From Squalus acanthias (Eukaryota), in NCBI GenBank assembly GCA_030390025.1, contig CM059432.1, forward strand, positions 1,674,001 through 1,738,000: a DNA stretch of 64,000 bases, read 5' to 3'. Positions 1-12,515 of this stretch are shown one piece after another. Under the pieces are notes generated by a model. The model searched no databases. It saw only the letters and a program-made list of their open reading frames with translations, and was not told where the DNA came from. A program made the position numbers and the translations under genes. The first letter of the stretch is position 1, and each line of letters begins with the position of its first letter.

Positions 1-460
1 AGTGGAGCATAAACACCGGCACGGACTGGTTGGGCCGAATGGCCTGTTTCTGTGCTGTACATCCTATGTAAATCTACGTAGTACGCTCCAGGAAAATGAC
101 AAAAGAACCTCTTAATCTGCAAGTTGATTGTTACACGTTGTGTCTTTCTTTTCTGGGGTGGGGTGTCGGTGGAAAAACCATAAGAAACTTGTGCTTCGGG
201 AAGCAATATGCCATTTTGTTCTGAATTGTTTTCCGATTTTCCATCCAGAGTTTTGGAGCTTGCATTGAAAGAAGGTTGGCATTTTGGGAATTCTGCCGAG
301 CGCCGTGTGAAATCTCAGTACGATCACAAGCGGTTAATGCATTTGTAACAAATTCCAATGTCTGCTTTTTCTTTATGAGAGTCTTAACTGTATTCCTTTT
401 CAAGCAGGTTAAAGTATCGGATGGAGGAATTTGGTAATAGCCTCTTAAGCATTGGGACAA

Positions 461-1160
461 AAGAGCTGAATTCCAGAGGTGAGGTGAGAGTGACTGCCCT
501 TGACATCAAGGCAGCATTTGACCGAATGTGGCATCAAGGAGCCCTAGTAAAACCGAAGTCAATGGGAATCAGGGGGCAAACTCTCTGTGGCGAGTAACTC
601 ACCTTCTGACTCCTTTCCACCATCTACAAGGCACAAGTCAGGGAGTGATGGAAGACTCTCCACTTACCTGGATGAGTGCAGCTCCAACAACACTCAAGAA
701 GCTCGACGCCATCTAGAACAAAAGCAGCCCGCTTGATTGACACCCCCTCCACCACCTTAAACATTCACTCCCTCCACCACCGGCGTACCGTGGCTGCAGT
801 GTGTACCATCTACAAGATGCACTGCAGCAACTCGCCAAGGCTTCTTCGGCAGCACCTCCCAAACCCGCGACCTCTTCCACCTAGAAGGACAAGGGCAGCA
901 GGCGCATGGGAACACCACCACCTCCAAGTTCCCCTCCAAGTTACACACCATCCTGACTTGGAAATATATCGGCCGTTCCTTCATCGTCGCTGGGTCAAAA
1001 TCCTGGAACTCCCTCCCTAACAGCACTGTGGGAGTACCTTCACCACACGGACTGCAGCGGTTCAAGAAGGCGGCTCACCACCACCTTCTCAAGGGCGATT
1101 AGGGATGGGCAATAAATGCTGGCCTTGCCAGCGACACCCACATCCCGTGAGTGAATAAAG
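461..1160 (+). mobile_element. CR1/L2-group LINE 'family A' 3' fragment with internal deletion
   Basis: RT C-terminal remnants (VRVTALDIKAAFD; EDSPLTWMSAAPTTLKKLD; HRRTVAAVCTIYKMHC) and tail gggcaataaatgctggccttgccagcgacacccacatccc; same family recurs at 5355, 13153, 33095, 45030. Confidence 0.85.
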
Positions 1161-1162
1161 AA

Positions 1163-1385
1163 GTCCCACAACCCAGCTTTCTCCCCTTAACCCTGCAAAT
1201 TTGCCCTCATCAAGTACATGTCCATTTGCCTTTTAAAAGTTCCTATGGAATCTGCTTCCACCGCCCTTTCAGGTAGTGTGTTCCAGATCTTAACAACCCT
1301 CTGTGTGAAGTAATTTCTCCTCCTTTTCCCTCTAGTTCTTTTGCCAATTATTTTAAATCGATTTCCTCTGGTTACTGACCCCTCT
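1163..1385 (-). mobile_element. CR1 LINE 3' fragment
   Basis: TRGNRFK...FTQRVVKIWNTLP motif of the CR1 ORF2 C-terminus. Confidence 0.85.
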
Positions 1386-1419
1386 ATCATTGATCTTGGC
1401 AGTCCCGGGCTATGGAATG

Positions 1420-1556
1420 TGTAATATATGTGGGTAGAACAAATGAAGGACAGAGACACGATGAGTTGCTAGTCCATGTGCTTGCTTTACTAGGCCAGAA
1501 CGAACTGAGCATGCTCATACCAAACCATGTGACAAACCATGTGATAATACATTACA
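1420..1556 (-). repeat. Gypsy 3' LTR (137 bp)
   Basis: Near-identical to 5201-5349; terminal TGTAAT/ATTACA; adjacent polypurine tract (minus-strand AAGGGGGAAAGCAG). Confidence 0.93.
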
Positions 1557-1683
1557 CTGCTTTCCCCCTTAAAAGAAATGTACATATTCCCGTCTCAAAT
1601 ACAACAAAACTATGGTCCCACCTTTCCCAGCATTACATGTACCACAGAACAAAAACTCTCGGCTTTTTTTTCTGTTAATTGAA

Positions 1684-2000
1684 CTACAAATCCAGTTTAA
1701 TAACAGGTTTGTGGAGCCTTCCTGATCTCCTTACAGACGGTTTTGGTGTTGAACCAATTTTCGGGCTGTTTTGTTTTGGTTCCGAACTCAAAGATGATCC
1801 TGTTTCTATCTCAGACTTGTTTGAACCTGTTACTGAAGTCTGAACTGAGTCAAACTCCTGTATGTGTTCATGATCAAGTGGTTCAAGATCACTGTCCAAT
1901 CCAGGCCAGTAAACAAAGCTTCTTGCAATTGATTTCATGCTGACGGAACCTTGGATGTTCAATATGAAGTTCGGCCAGAATTCTATCTCTCAATGAAGTA
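1684..2000 (-). pseudogene. Gypsy integrase N-terminal remnant (catalytic core deleted)
   Basis: SMKSIARSFVYWPGLDSDLE zinc-finger-region motif jumps directly to C-terminal RRSGRLHKPVIKLDL; no DD35E core in between. Confidence 0.75.
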
Positions 2001-2297
2001 GGTACCAGACTCTGTTTCCCCACTTGATACAACCTTACTCACAAGACAATTCAGTACAACGGTTATGGAATGGTTTCAACTCTGTGTCCAGACACTGATC
2101 AGTCCGTCCATTCAAGGTGTTTTCATACACTCTTTTCAGTCCTATTGAGTCTCATCTGCAATCTCAGTTGCATTCACGGGAAAATCTTTGTCAACTGCAC
2201 CTAGCGTGAAAATCACACCTTCACCCCCAACACACGAGTCCTCATGTGGCAACCTGGACAAGGCATCTGCGATTGTGTTCTGCTTTGAAGTGCGATA

Positions 2298-3473
2298 TTA
2301 TATTGTGTAGTCATATTGTGACAACAACACTGCCCGACGTTGCATTCTTGATGCGGCCATTGCAGGGATGGCAGATTTGGGCCCCAATATTGCTAGGAGC
2401 GGTTTGTGATTGGTTATCAGGGTAAACTTTCTGCCGATCAGGAACTGTTGGAATTTCTTGATTCCAAACACTATGGCGAGTCCTTCCTTATCAATTTGCA
2501 CGTAGTTTCTTTCGCTCTTTGTGAGGGTTCGTGATGCGAACGTGATTGGTTTCTCTTGGCCATCATCCATTACGTGGCTTATGACAGCTCCCACACCGTC
2601 GCTGGAAGCATCACACGCTAACTTAAGCTCACGCTCTGTGTCGTAGTGCACAAGTAGAGCATCGCTAGAGAGACTTCTCTTACAAGCGTCGTAAACTTCC
2701 TGTTGCGTTTTCGTCCATTTCCACTGGACATCCTTCTTGAGGAGCTCCTGGAACGGAACTAACATGGTCGCTAACTCAGGTAAGGAACGTGCGTAGTACT
2801 GGACCATTCCAAGGAAAGATCTTAACTCAGACATGTTCTGTGGCTTTGGAGCATTGATGACAGCATCAACCTTTTCCTTCACTGGTTGCAAACCATTTGC
2901 ATCAACTTTCAGACCAAGGTCCACAACCTCAGGCTGCACAAAAACACATTTGCTCCTTTTCAATTTGACGTTGTGGGCATTCAACCTTTGAAGCACTAAA
3001 TCTAACACGTCTAGATTTTCTTCCTCGCTGCTTGTTGCGAGCAGCACATCGTCTTGATTGGATAAGCAATTTGGAACTCCTTGCAAATTCTTATCCATCG
3101 TAGCCTGGAGGATTTTGGGGGAGGACTTTACACCATACGGCAGCTTGGTGTATGAGTACAGTCCCTTGTTGATGGTGAGATACTGTTGACTCTCTTTGTC
3201 AATATTCAGCTGAGCGTAAGCGTGCGACAGGACAAGCTTGGAGAAAACCTTTGACCCAGAGAGTGCTGCATACAAATCTTGCGATGTAGGTAACGGGTAC
3301 TGCTCATCGTCAACTGCTTGGTTGATAGTAACTTTGTAGTCACCGCACAACTGTACAGTTTTGTCTGCTTTGGGCACTACCACAATCGGGGTAGCCCATT
3401 CACTTTTGTCAGTTTTTACTCGCACTCCATTCTCTCTGAGCTTCGCTAGCTCTTCCTCCACCTGACTTTTCAA
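2298..3473 (-). pseudogene. Gypsy pol reverse transcriptase + RNase H
   Basis: WATPIVVVPK, LCGDYKVTIN, KLPYGVKSSP, degenerate YxDD (NQDD), LRSFLGMVQYY, LACDASSDGVGAVISH, ERNYVQIDKEGLAI; broken from neighbouring ORFs. Confidence 0.93.
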
Positions 3474-3920
3474 CGCATAGGGGACCGGCCTTGCCTTACA
3501 ATAACAGGCTTCGCGTTGGACTTGATACGGATATGCACGTCATACCCAGTGATGTCCTCATAACTGTCTGTGAACATGCTTTCGTACTTGTTCAGCATCG
3601 TGTCGAGTCGCTTCTTTGAAGCATCTACACAGATGTTTTTCCAGTCTAGTTTTAACTTTCTCAACCAGTCTTTGCCCATGAGGGTTGGCCTGTTGTTGTA
3701 GCTCGCTACACTAATAGGCAGCTTTACTGACTGGCCATTGTGTTGAACTGTACATTCCATTTGTCCACATGACTCTAGGATTTCTCCGGAGTAGGTTTTT
3801 AACTCTATGGTACTCTTTGTAAATGGTATTTGATTAAACTTACTCTCATGTGTCCTTACTCATGATAGAGCAGTCCACTGCCGTGTCAATATACATATCA
3901 ACATTGATAAAAAGTTTTGT

Positions 3921-4209
3921 ACACAGATTTAAGGTGATTGGCAAAAGAACCAAAGGCGACATAAGAAAAAACTTTTTTATGCAGTGAGTGGTTAGGATCT
4001 GGAATGCACTGCCTGAGAGGGTGGTGGAGGCAGATTCAATCACGGCTTTCGAAAGGGAGTTGGATAAGTACCTGAAAGAAAAGCATTTGCAGGGCTACGG
4101 GGAAAGGGCGGGGGAGTGGGACTAGCTGAAGTGCTCTTGCAGAGAGCCGGCACGGGCTCGACGGGCCGAATGGCCTCCTTCTGTGCTGTAACCATTCTAT
4201 GATTCTATA
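3921..4209 (+). mobile_element. CR1 3' fragment inserted in the Gypsy protease region
   Basis: Plus strand reads HRFKVIGKRTKG...IWNALPERVVEADS and ends in a (ATTCTATG)n tail; splits the protease region near MYIDTAVDCSI. Confidence 0.85.
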
Positions 4210-4321
4210 AGTCTTTCTCACGACTGCTAGCGTTGCCGCTAATGGCATAGACACTGTAGGTGCCTAGTTCTTCAACATCAGGCGTGTCCACTTCAATATT
4301 GTGAACTCCTCCCTTTTGTTG

Positions 4322-4744
4322 TCACTGCTTTGCATTGCCACTAGAATGGTTCTTACTTCCTGCTTTTGATCTAGCTCTGCAAGCTGTTGAAATATGGCCT
4401 TGCTTCTGGCAGTCAAAACACTTCACATTTCTGTATTGGCAGGACTGTGGTGAGTGACTTCCATTGTAGCGATAACAATTCACTGAACTGCTCTCACCGA
4501 CATGCTTTTGACTCGCTCTCACAGCTTTAGGTTTGTTGGTGGTTTTGTGACTGTAGACCACAGCTGCACTAGTCACTTGAGTTGGACGGAGCTCCCGAGC
4601 ATTCTTAGATGCCATCTCCATAGATAGGGCAATTTTGCATGCTCTGTCAAACGTTAGATTCGGAGTGTTCAGTAACTTAGACTGTGTGCGCTCATCCACC
4701 AGTCCACACACAAACTTATCTCGCAACGCACGTTCCGTAGACAT
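4322..4744 (-). pseudogene. Gypsy gag C-terminal part with CCHC zinc knuckle
   Basis: LRDKFVCGL motif; CFDCQKQGHISTAC (CX2CX4HX4C) preceded by a degenerate second knuckle. Confidence 0.85.
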
Positions 4745-5179
4745 CTGGCCCGATCTCAGTTAGAAAAATTGCTTTCGTCCATTCACGAATTACTTTATTT
4801 GGAGCTTGAACATTCTCATCTGCACCTTCGGTCTCAATAATGCCTTAAAAAACATCTCCATCCGCTTAAGTGCAAGAACTGAATGGTTCGCGAGCTCGGT
4901 CATACAGGCCGAGGCTTCCGATGAATCCCGTAGGCACAGCCATGATTGTCCCGATCCCGTCGAACAGTGACTCAGCACGATACCTGTGTACCTGTGAGAA
5001 TCAACACCGCTGTTGCTGTGTATACAAACACACAAAGGTGAAGCACAGAGGATTCTGCATCAGCATTAATGGTAAAACATCGCAAAAAATTCAGTTTAGG
5101 TGTCACAAATTCACCTTAAACTTGTCCACTCGAAGGTTGGACACTGTGTCCTTCCATGATCCCTAAAAATGGCTTTGGG

Positions 5180-5197
5180 ATCCCATCCTCATCACCA
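5180..5197 (-). promoter_or_regulatory. Primer-binding site complementary to tRNA-Ser(GCU) 3' end
   Basis: Minus strand TGGTGATGAGGATGGGAT = TGGCGACGAGGATGGGAT with two CpG-to-TpG changes, 3 nt from the 5' LTR. Confidence 0.8.
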
Positions 5198-5200
5198 AAA

Positions 5201-5349
5201 TGTAATATACTTGGGTAGAACAAATGAGAGACAGAGACACGATGAGTTGCTAGTCCATGTGCTTGCTTTATTAGGCCAGAGCGAACTGAGCATGCTCATA
5301 CCAAACCATGTGACAAACCATGTGACAAACCAAGTGATAATACATTACA
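5201..5349 (-). repeat. Gypsy 5' LTR (149 bp)
   Basis: Match to 1420-1556 with one extra 12-bp CAAACCATGTGA-type unit. Confidence 0.93.
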
Positions 5350-5354
5350 GAAAG

Positions 5355-6375
5355 GTCAATCATCACAGCCCCAGGACATCGCTGCAGGAGTTCCTCAGGG
5401 CAGTGTCCTAGGCCCAACCATCTTCAGCTGCTTCATCAATGACCTTCCCTCCAACATAAGGTCAGAAATGGGGATGTTCGCTGATGACTGCACAGTGTTC
5501 AGTTCCATTCGCTACTCCTCAGATAATGAAGCAGTCCATGCCCGCATGCAGCAAGACCCGGACGACGTTCAGGCTTGGGCTGATATGTGGCAAATAACAT
5601 TCGCGCCACACATGTGCCAGGCAACGACTATCTCCAACAAGCGAGAGTCTAACCACTGCCCCTTGAAATTCAACGGCATTACCATCGTCGAATCCCCCAC
5701 CATCAATATCCTGGGGGGGCACCATTGACCAGAAACTTAACTGGACCAGTCATATAAATACTGTGGCAACAAGAGCAGGACAGAGGCTGGGTATTCTGCG
5801 GCGAGTGTCTCACCTCTTGACTCCCCAAAGCCTTTCCACCATCTACAAGGCACAAGTCAGGAGTGTGATGGAATACTCTCCACTTGCCTGGATGAGTGCA
5901 GCTCCAACAACACTCAAGAAGCTCGACACCATCCAGGACAAAGCAGCCCACTTGATTGGCACCCCATCCACCACCTTAAACATTCACTCCCTCCACCACC
6001 GGCGTACCGTGGCTGCAGTGTGTACCATCTACAAGATGCACTGCAGCAACTCACCAAGGCTTCTTCGGCAGCACCTCCCAAACCCGTAACCTCTTCCATC
6101 TAGAAGGACAAGGGCAGCAGGCGCATGGGAACACCACCACCTCCACGTTCCCCTCCAAGTCACACACCATCCTTACTTAGAAGTATATCGCCGTTCCTTC
6201 ATCGTCGCTGGGTCAAAATCCTGGAAATCCCCCCCTAACAGCACTGTGGGAGTACCTTCACCACACGGACTGCAGCGGTTCAAGAAGGCGGCTCACCACC
6301 ACCTTCTCGAGGGCAATTAGGGATGGGCAATAAATGCCGGCCTTGCCAGCGACACCCACATCCCGCAATGAATAA
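5355..6375 (+). mobile_element. LINE family A 3' portion (RT remnant)
   Basis: GVPQGSVLGPTIFSCFINDLP, MFADDCT, family A tail. Confidence 0.9.
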
Positions 6376-7280
6376 AGAAGTCCCACAACCCAGCTTTTTC
6401 CCCATAACCCTGCAAATTTGCCCTCATCAAGTACATGTCCATTTGCCTTTTGAAAGTTCCTATGGAATCTGCTTCCACCGCCCTTTCAGGTAGTGCGTTC
6501 CAGATCTTAACAACCCTCTGTGTAAAGAAATTTCTCCTCATTTCCCCTCTTGTTCTTTTGCCAATTATTTTAAATCTATTACCTCTGGTAACTGACCCCT
6601 CCATAGTTGACCTAAGCAATCCCAGGCTAGAATCATAGAAATTTACGGCACAGAAGGAGGCCATTCGGCCCATCGTGTCCGTGAAGGCCGAAAAAGTGCT
6701 ATCCAGCCTAATCCCACTTTCCAGCTCTTGGTCCGTAGCCCTGCAGGTTACGGCACTTCAAGCGCATATCCAAGTACTTTTTAAATGTGATGAGGGTTTC
6801 TGCCTCTACCACCCTTTCAAGCAGTGAGTTCCAGACCCCCACCACCCTCTGGGTGAAAAAAGTTCTCCTCAACTCCCCTCTAATCCTTCTACCAATTACT
6901 TTAAATCTATGCCCCCTGGTTATTGACCTCCCTGCTAAGGGAAATAGGTCCTTCCTATTCACTCTATCTAGGCCCCTCATAATTTTTTACACCTCAATTA
7001 AATCTCCCCTCAGCCTCCTCTGTTCCAAAGAAAACAATCCCAGCCTATCGAATCTTTCCTCACAGCTAAAATTCTCCAGCCCAGGCAACATCCTCATAAA
7101 TCTCCTCTGTACCCTCTCAAGTGCAATCACACCTTTCCTGTAATGAGGTGACCAGAACTGTACGCAGTGCTCTAGCTGTGGCCTAACTAGTGTTTTATAC
7201 TGTTGAAGCATAACCACCCTGCTCTTATATTCTATGCCTCGGTAAAGGAAAATATCCTGTAATGTTCTTAACCACCTTAT

Positions 7281-10200
7281 ATTAACTGGGATAGTCAGAG
7301 TGTGAAAGGCTTAGAGGGTGCGGAATTCTTAAAGTGCATCCAGGAGAGCTTTTTGAGTCAGCATGTAGAAAGTCCTACAAGAGAGGGGGCGGTACTGGAC
7401 CTAATTCGAGGGAATGTAGCTGTGCAAGTGGTAGAAGTGTCAGTAGAAGAGCATTTTGGTGACAGTGACCATAATTCGGTGAGATTTAAGGTAGTCATGG
7501 AAAAGGACAAAGATGGACCGGAAATAAAGGTTCTAAATTGGGGGAAGGCCGGTTTTAATATGATAAGGCATGATCTGGACAAAGTGGACTGGGATCAGCT
7601 ACTTGTAGAAAAATCCACATCAGAGCAGTGGGAGTCTTTCAGAAAGGAAATAGAAAGAGTACAACGCCAACATGTTCCCCTAAAGGTCAAGGGTGGGACC
7701 AACAAGCCCAGGGAACCCTGGCTGTCAAGGGATATACAAGAATGGATTAGGAAAAAAAGGGAGGCTTTTGGCAGATACAAAGGACTAAAAACAGTGGAAG
7801 CCCTAGAGGAGTATAGAAAATGCAGGGGGGTACTTAAAAAAGAAATTAGGAGAGCGAAGAGGGTGCATGAAAAAACTGGTGGGCAAAATAAAGGAAAATC
7901 CCAAGGTGTTTTATAAGTATATTAAGGGCAAGAGGATAACCAAGGAAAGAGTAGGGCCCATTAGGGACCAAAGTGGCAATCTGTGTGTGGAGCTGGAAGA
8001 CGTGGGTGAGGTTTTAAATGAATATTTTGCATCTGTGTTCACTATGGAGAAGGACGATGTAGGCATAGAAATCAGGCAGGGGGATTGTGATATACTTGAA
8101 CAAATTAGTATTGAGAGGGAGGAGGTACTAGCGGTTTTAGCGGGCTTAAAAGTGGATAAATCCCCAGGCCCAGACGAGATGTATCCCAGGCTGCTGTGAG
8201 GAAAGGGAGGAGATTGCAGGGGCTCTGACACAAATTTTCAGAACCTCTCTGGCCACAGGGGAGGTGCCAGAGGACTGGAGGACAGCTAACGTAGTACCAT
8301 TATTCAAGAAGGGTAGTAGGGATAAACCAGGGAATTACAGGCCAGCGAGCCTAACATCAGTGGTAGGGAAATTATTGGAAAAAATTCTGAGGGACAGAAT
8401 TAGTCTCCACTTGGAGAGGCAAGGATTAATCAAGGATAGTCAGCATGGCTTTGTCAGGGGGAGATCATGTCTAACCAATTTGATTGAATTTTTCGAGGGG
8501 GTGACTAGGTGTGTGGATGAGGGTAGTGCAGTTGATGTAGTCTACATGGACTTCAGTAAGGCTTTTGACAAAGTCCCGCATGGGAGACTGGTCAAGAAGG
8601 TAAGAGCCCATGGGATCCAAGGCAATTTGGCACATTGGATCCAAAATTGGCTCAGTGGCAGGAGGCAGAGGGTGATGGTCGAAGGTTGTTTTTGTGACTG
8701 GAAGCCTGTGTCCAGTGGTGTACCGCAGGGATCGGTGCTGGGTCCTTTGCTGTTTGTAGTGTACATTAATGATTTAGATATGAATGTAGGAGGTATGATC
8801 AGTAAGTTCGCAGATGACACGAAAATTGGTGGAGTGCTAAATAGCGAGGAGGGAAGCCTCAGGCTACAGGACGATATAGACGGGTTGGTCAGATGGGCAG
8901 AACAGTGGCAAATGGTACTTAACCCTGAAAAGTGTGAGGTGATGCATTTTGGGAGGACTAACAAGGCAAGGGAATACACAATGAATGGTAGGATCCTAGG
9001 AAGGACAGAGGATCTGAGGGATCTTGGTGTGCATGTACATAGATCCCTGAAGGCAGCAGGACAGGTAGATAAGGTGGTTAAGAAGGCATATGGGATACTT
9101 GCCTTCATTAGCCGAGGCATAGAATATAAGAGCAGGGAGGTTATGATGGAGCTGTACAAAACGCTAGTTAGGCCACAGCTGGAATACTGTGTGCAGTTCT
9201 GGTTGCCACACTATAGGAAGGATGTGATTGCATTGGAGAGGGTGCAGAGGAGATTCACCAGGATGTTACCTGGGCTGGAGCGCTTCAGCTATGAAGAGAG
9301 ATTGGACAGGCTGGGGTTGTTTTCCTTAGAGCAGAGAAGGCTGAGGGGGGGACCTGATTGAGGTGTACAAAATTATGAGGGGCATAGACAGGGTAGATAG
9401 AAAGGAACTTTTCCCCTTAGTAGAGGGGTCAATAACCAGGGGGCATAGTTTCAAGGTAAGGGGCAGGTGGTTTAGAGGGGATTTGAGGAAAAACTTTTTC
9501 ACCCAGAGGGTGGTTGGAATCTGGAACTCACTGCCTGAAAGGATGGTAGAAGCAGGAACCCTCACAACATTCAAGAAGCATTTAGATGAGCACTTGAAAC
9601 GCCATAGCATACAAGGCTACGGACCAAGTGCTGGAAAATGGGATTAGAATAGACAGGGCTTGATGGCCGGCGCGGACACGATGGGCCGAAGGGCCTCTTT
9701 CTGTGCTGTATAACTATGACTCTATGGGGTAAAAATTCAGTTGGTTGCGCCTCCCGTTAGCGCCTTAAGAGGGCGCTAATGGGGCGCAAAGCCGCTAACG
9801 CCCGGGCGCAGCGATGTTTGCGCCGCTCCGGAACTTAACTAGACATTGTGCGGCGGCGCTAAACTTTACCGCTGCGACCACCTGCGCGCGCAGATTGTGA
9901 CGTCATTCCATGGTGCAACGCCCTTGTGGCGCCCCGGAGCGGAAATTGAGTGGCGCCCCCTGCCTTACCGCCTGGCGCATCCAACGACCGGAAGACTGGA
10001 ACGCTATCAATCGCTGTGGGGCTGGGGGGGGCGCTATTTAAAGGGGGCCTCTTCCTGTCTTTTTCTGTGGTTGACATTTTTGCACCACTCGTTCTGAGAG
10101 AGAGAGAGAGATTCGGAGAGAGAGAAAGAGAGACTTCTGCATTGAGTCAACGCTTTGTGAGGTAGTCTTGCCTACTGATCCTAACAGTTGGCCCCCCCCC

Positions 10201-10476
10201 GCTTTAAGAACTGGCCGGCGCCAGTGTGTCTGTGTTCCCTCGCTAACTGGCAGTAGCTGCGCTGCGCTCGCGCGCTGAGTTAGCGCCTCACTGCTCGGCC
10301 TTTGCGCCTTAAGACAGGTGTGCAGCGCCTGATTTAGCGCTCCACTCACCTCCCGGGGCGGTAAAAGTGAAGTTTCCAGTCAGTGGCGATAATTAGCGCC
10401 AGGCGCTAATATTTGCGTCCAGACGATATTTGCGCCCCAAACGGGGCGCGACCTAATTTTTCCCCCTATGACTCTA
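7281..10476 (+). mobile_element. 5'-truncated CR1 LINE with frameshifted ORF2 (RT ORF 8264-9361)
   Basis: SDHN end of APE, PEDWRTANVVPLFKKG, DFSKAFDKVPH, GVPQGSVLGP, KFADD; 3' (ACTCTATG)n tail interrupted by a MITE. Confidence 0.95.
9726..10466. mobile_element. Harbinger MITE 1 (deletion derivative of 37122-41320)
   Basis: Ends GGGGTAAAAATTCAG / CTAATTTTTCCCCC; TAT TSD (9723-9725, 10467-10469); ~450 bp matches the right end and ~280 bp the left end of the autonomous element. Confidence 0.93.
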
Positions 10477-11139
10477 TTATCTACCTGTCCTGCTACCTTC
10501 AGGAATCTGTGGACATGCACTCCAAGGTCCCTCTGATCCTCTGCGCTTCTCAGTGTTCTACCATTTATAGTATATTCCCTTGTCTTGTTAGACCTCCCCA
10601 AATGCATTACCTCACACTTCTCCGGATTGAATTCCGTTTGTCACTTTTCTGCCCACCTGACCAGTCCATTGATATCTTCCTGCAGTCTACAGCTTTCTTC
10701 CTCACAATCAACCACACGGCTAATTTTTGTATCATCTGCAAACTTCTGAATCATGCCCCCTACATTCAAGTCTAAATCATTGGTATATACCACAAGAAGC
10801 AAGGGGAGCGGACTGAGCCCTGCGGAACCCCACTGGAAACAGCCTTCCAGTCACAACAGCTATGGAGAGAAAGAAAAACAATATCAGCCAGGGTTCCCAT
10901 TTCTGATCGGCCCCTGTTGGAAAACATATGTGGTTGGACGTCGGATGAGGAGGGAATCAGATTTACTTGTCAGGTAAGGTAGGCTGTCCAACACTCGCTA
11001 TCCTGACTCACAGCTGCAGAATGTCCCCCTTAGACAATTAGCAGCACTGGAGAGGTGTCTGAATGTGATATAGCACCCTCGGGAGAGAGAAGACTGAAAA
11101 TAAACAATAAAACAAAATTGAATTTAATACATTCGCTTA

Positions 11140-12515
11140 GAACGAACTTGCATTTCTATAGCGCCTTTATGTTATCCCAAAGTGAGTTACAGCCAATGAA
11201 GTTATAGAATCATAGAACAGCACAGCACAGAAGGAGGCCGTTCGGCCCATCCAGTCTGCGCCGGCTCTTTCGAAGAGCAATCCAGTTAGTCCCACTCCCC
11301 CGCTCTTTCCCCATAGCCCTGCAATTTTTTCTGCTTCAAGTATTTATCCAATTCCCTTTTGAAGGCTGCTATTGAATCTGTATCCACCTCCCGATCAGGC
11401 AGCGCATTCCAAATCCTAACCACTCGTTGCGTAAAAAGGTTTTTGCTCATGTCGCCTCTGGTTCTTTTGCCAATCACCTTAAATCTGTGAAGTAATTGTT
11501 GACGTGTAGTCACTGTTGTAATGTAGGAAACACAACAGCCAATTCACACACAGCAAGCTCCCACAAATAGTAATCAGATAATGACCAGATAATTTTTTTA
11601 GTGATGTTGATTGTGGGATAAATATTGGCACCGGAGAGAACTCCCCTGCTCTTCTTTGAATAGTGCCATGGAATCTTTCACATCCACCTGGCAGAGGGGG
11701 CCTCGGTTTAACATCTCATCCAAAGGACGGCACCTCCGACAGTGCAGCACTCCCTCAGTACTGCCCCTCCGACAGTGCAGCACTCCCTCAGTACTGCCCC
11801 TCCGACAGTGCGGCGCTCCCTCAGTACTGCCCCTCCGACAGTGCGGCGCTCCCTCAGTACTGTCCCTCCGACAGTGCGGCGCTCCCTCAGTACTGCCCCT
11901 CCGACAGTGCAGCACTCCCTCAGTACTGCCCCTCCGACAGTGCAGCACTCCCTCAGTACTGCCCCTCCGACAGTGCGGCGCTCCCTCAGTACTGCCCCTC
12001 CGACAGTGCGGCGCTCCCTCAGTACTGTCCCTCCGACAGTGCGCCGCTCCCTCAGTACTGCCCACTGACAGTGTGGCGCTCCCTCAGTACTGCCCCTCCG
12101 ACAGTGCTGCGCTCCCTCAGTACAGCCCCTCCGACAGTGCTGCGCTCCCTCAGTACAGCCCCTCCGACAGTGCAGCACTCCCTCAGTACTGCCCACCGAC
12201 AGTATGGCGCTCCCTCAGTACTGCCCCCTCTGACAGTGTGGCGCTCCCTCAGTACTGCCCCTCCGACAGTGCAGCACTCCCTCAGTACTGTCCCTCCGAC
12301 AGTGCAGCGCTCCCTCAGTACTGCCCCTCCGACAGTGCAGCGCTCCCTCAGTACTGCCCCTCTGACAGTGCGGCACTCCCTCAGAACTGCCCCTCCGACA
12401 GTGCAGCGCTCCCTCAGTGCTGTCAGTCTAGATTTCATTTTGCGCTCGAGTTTCTGGAGTGGGGTTTGAACCCAGGACCCTGAGGCGAGATTGCTACGCA
12501 CTGAGCCATGGCTAA
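11140..12515 (-). mobile_element. tRNA-derived DeuSINE (SacSINE1-like) with expanded 33-bp repeat; split by CR1 fragment 11205-11488
   Basis: tRNA-like head (gccatggctcagtg...gggttcaaacccc), central gaggtgccgtc...gatgagatgttaaaccgaggcccc, L2-like tail; TGAAGT duplicated around the CR1 piece. Confidence 0.85.
11734..12420. repeat. 33-bp minisatellite (~21 units) inside SINE
   Basis: Unit CTCCCTCAGTACTGCCCCTCCGACAGTGCRGCR. Confidence 0.97.

Larger units (their letters stand above)
1420..5349 (-). mobile_element. Ty3/Gypsy (Mag/K02A2.6-like) LTR retrotransposon, internally deleted
   Basis: Two LTRs TGTAAT...ATTACA (1420-1556, 5201-5349); PBS 5180-5197; PPT 1557-1572; gag-PR-RT-RH-INT order on the minus strand; flanks GAATG/GAAAG (4/5 match, possible 5-bp TSD). 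Confidence 0.93.
6629..10857 (-). mobile_element. CR1 3' fragment (6629-7280 + 10477-10857) split by a younger CR1
   Basis: Minus-strand CR1 sequence stops at ...accaccttat (7280) and resumes at ttatctacctgtcc (10477); TTAT duplicated. Confidence 0.8.

Noticed and set aside
112..460. Short ORFs in unique DNA at the window start
   Set aside because: No recognisable similarity; lengths are compatible with chance.
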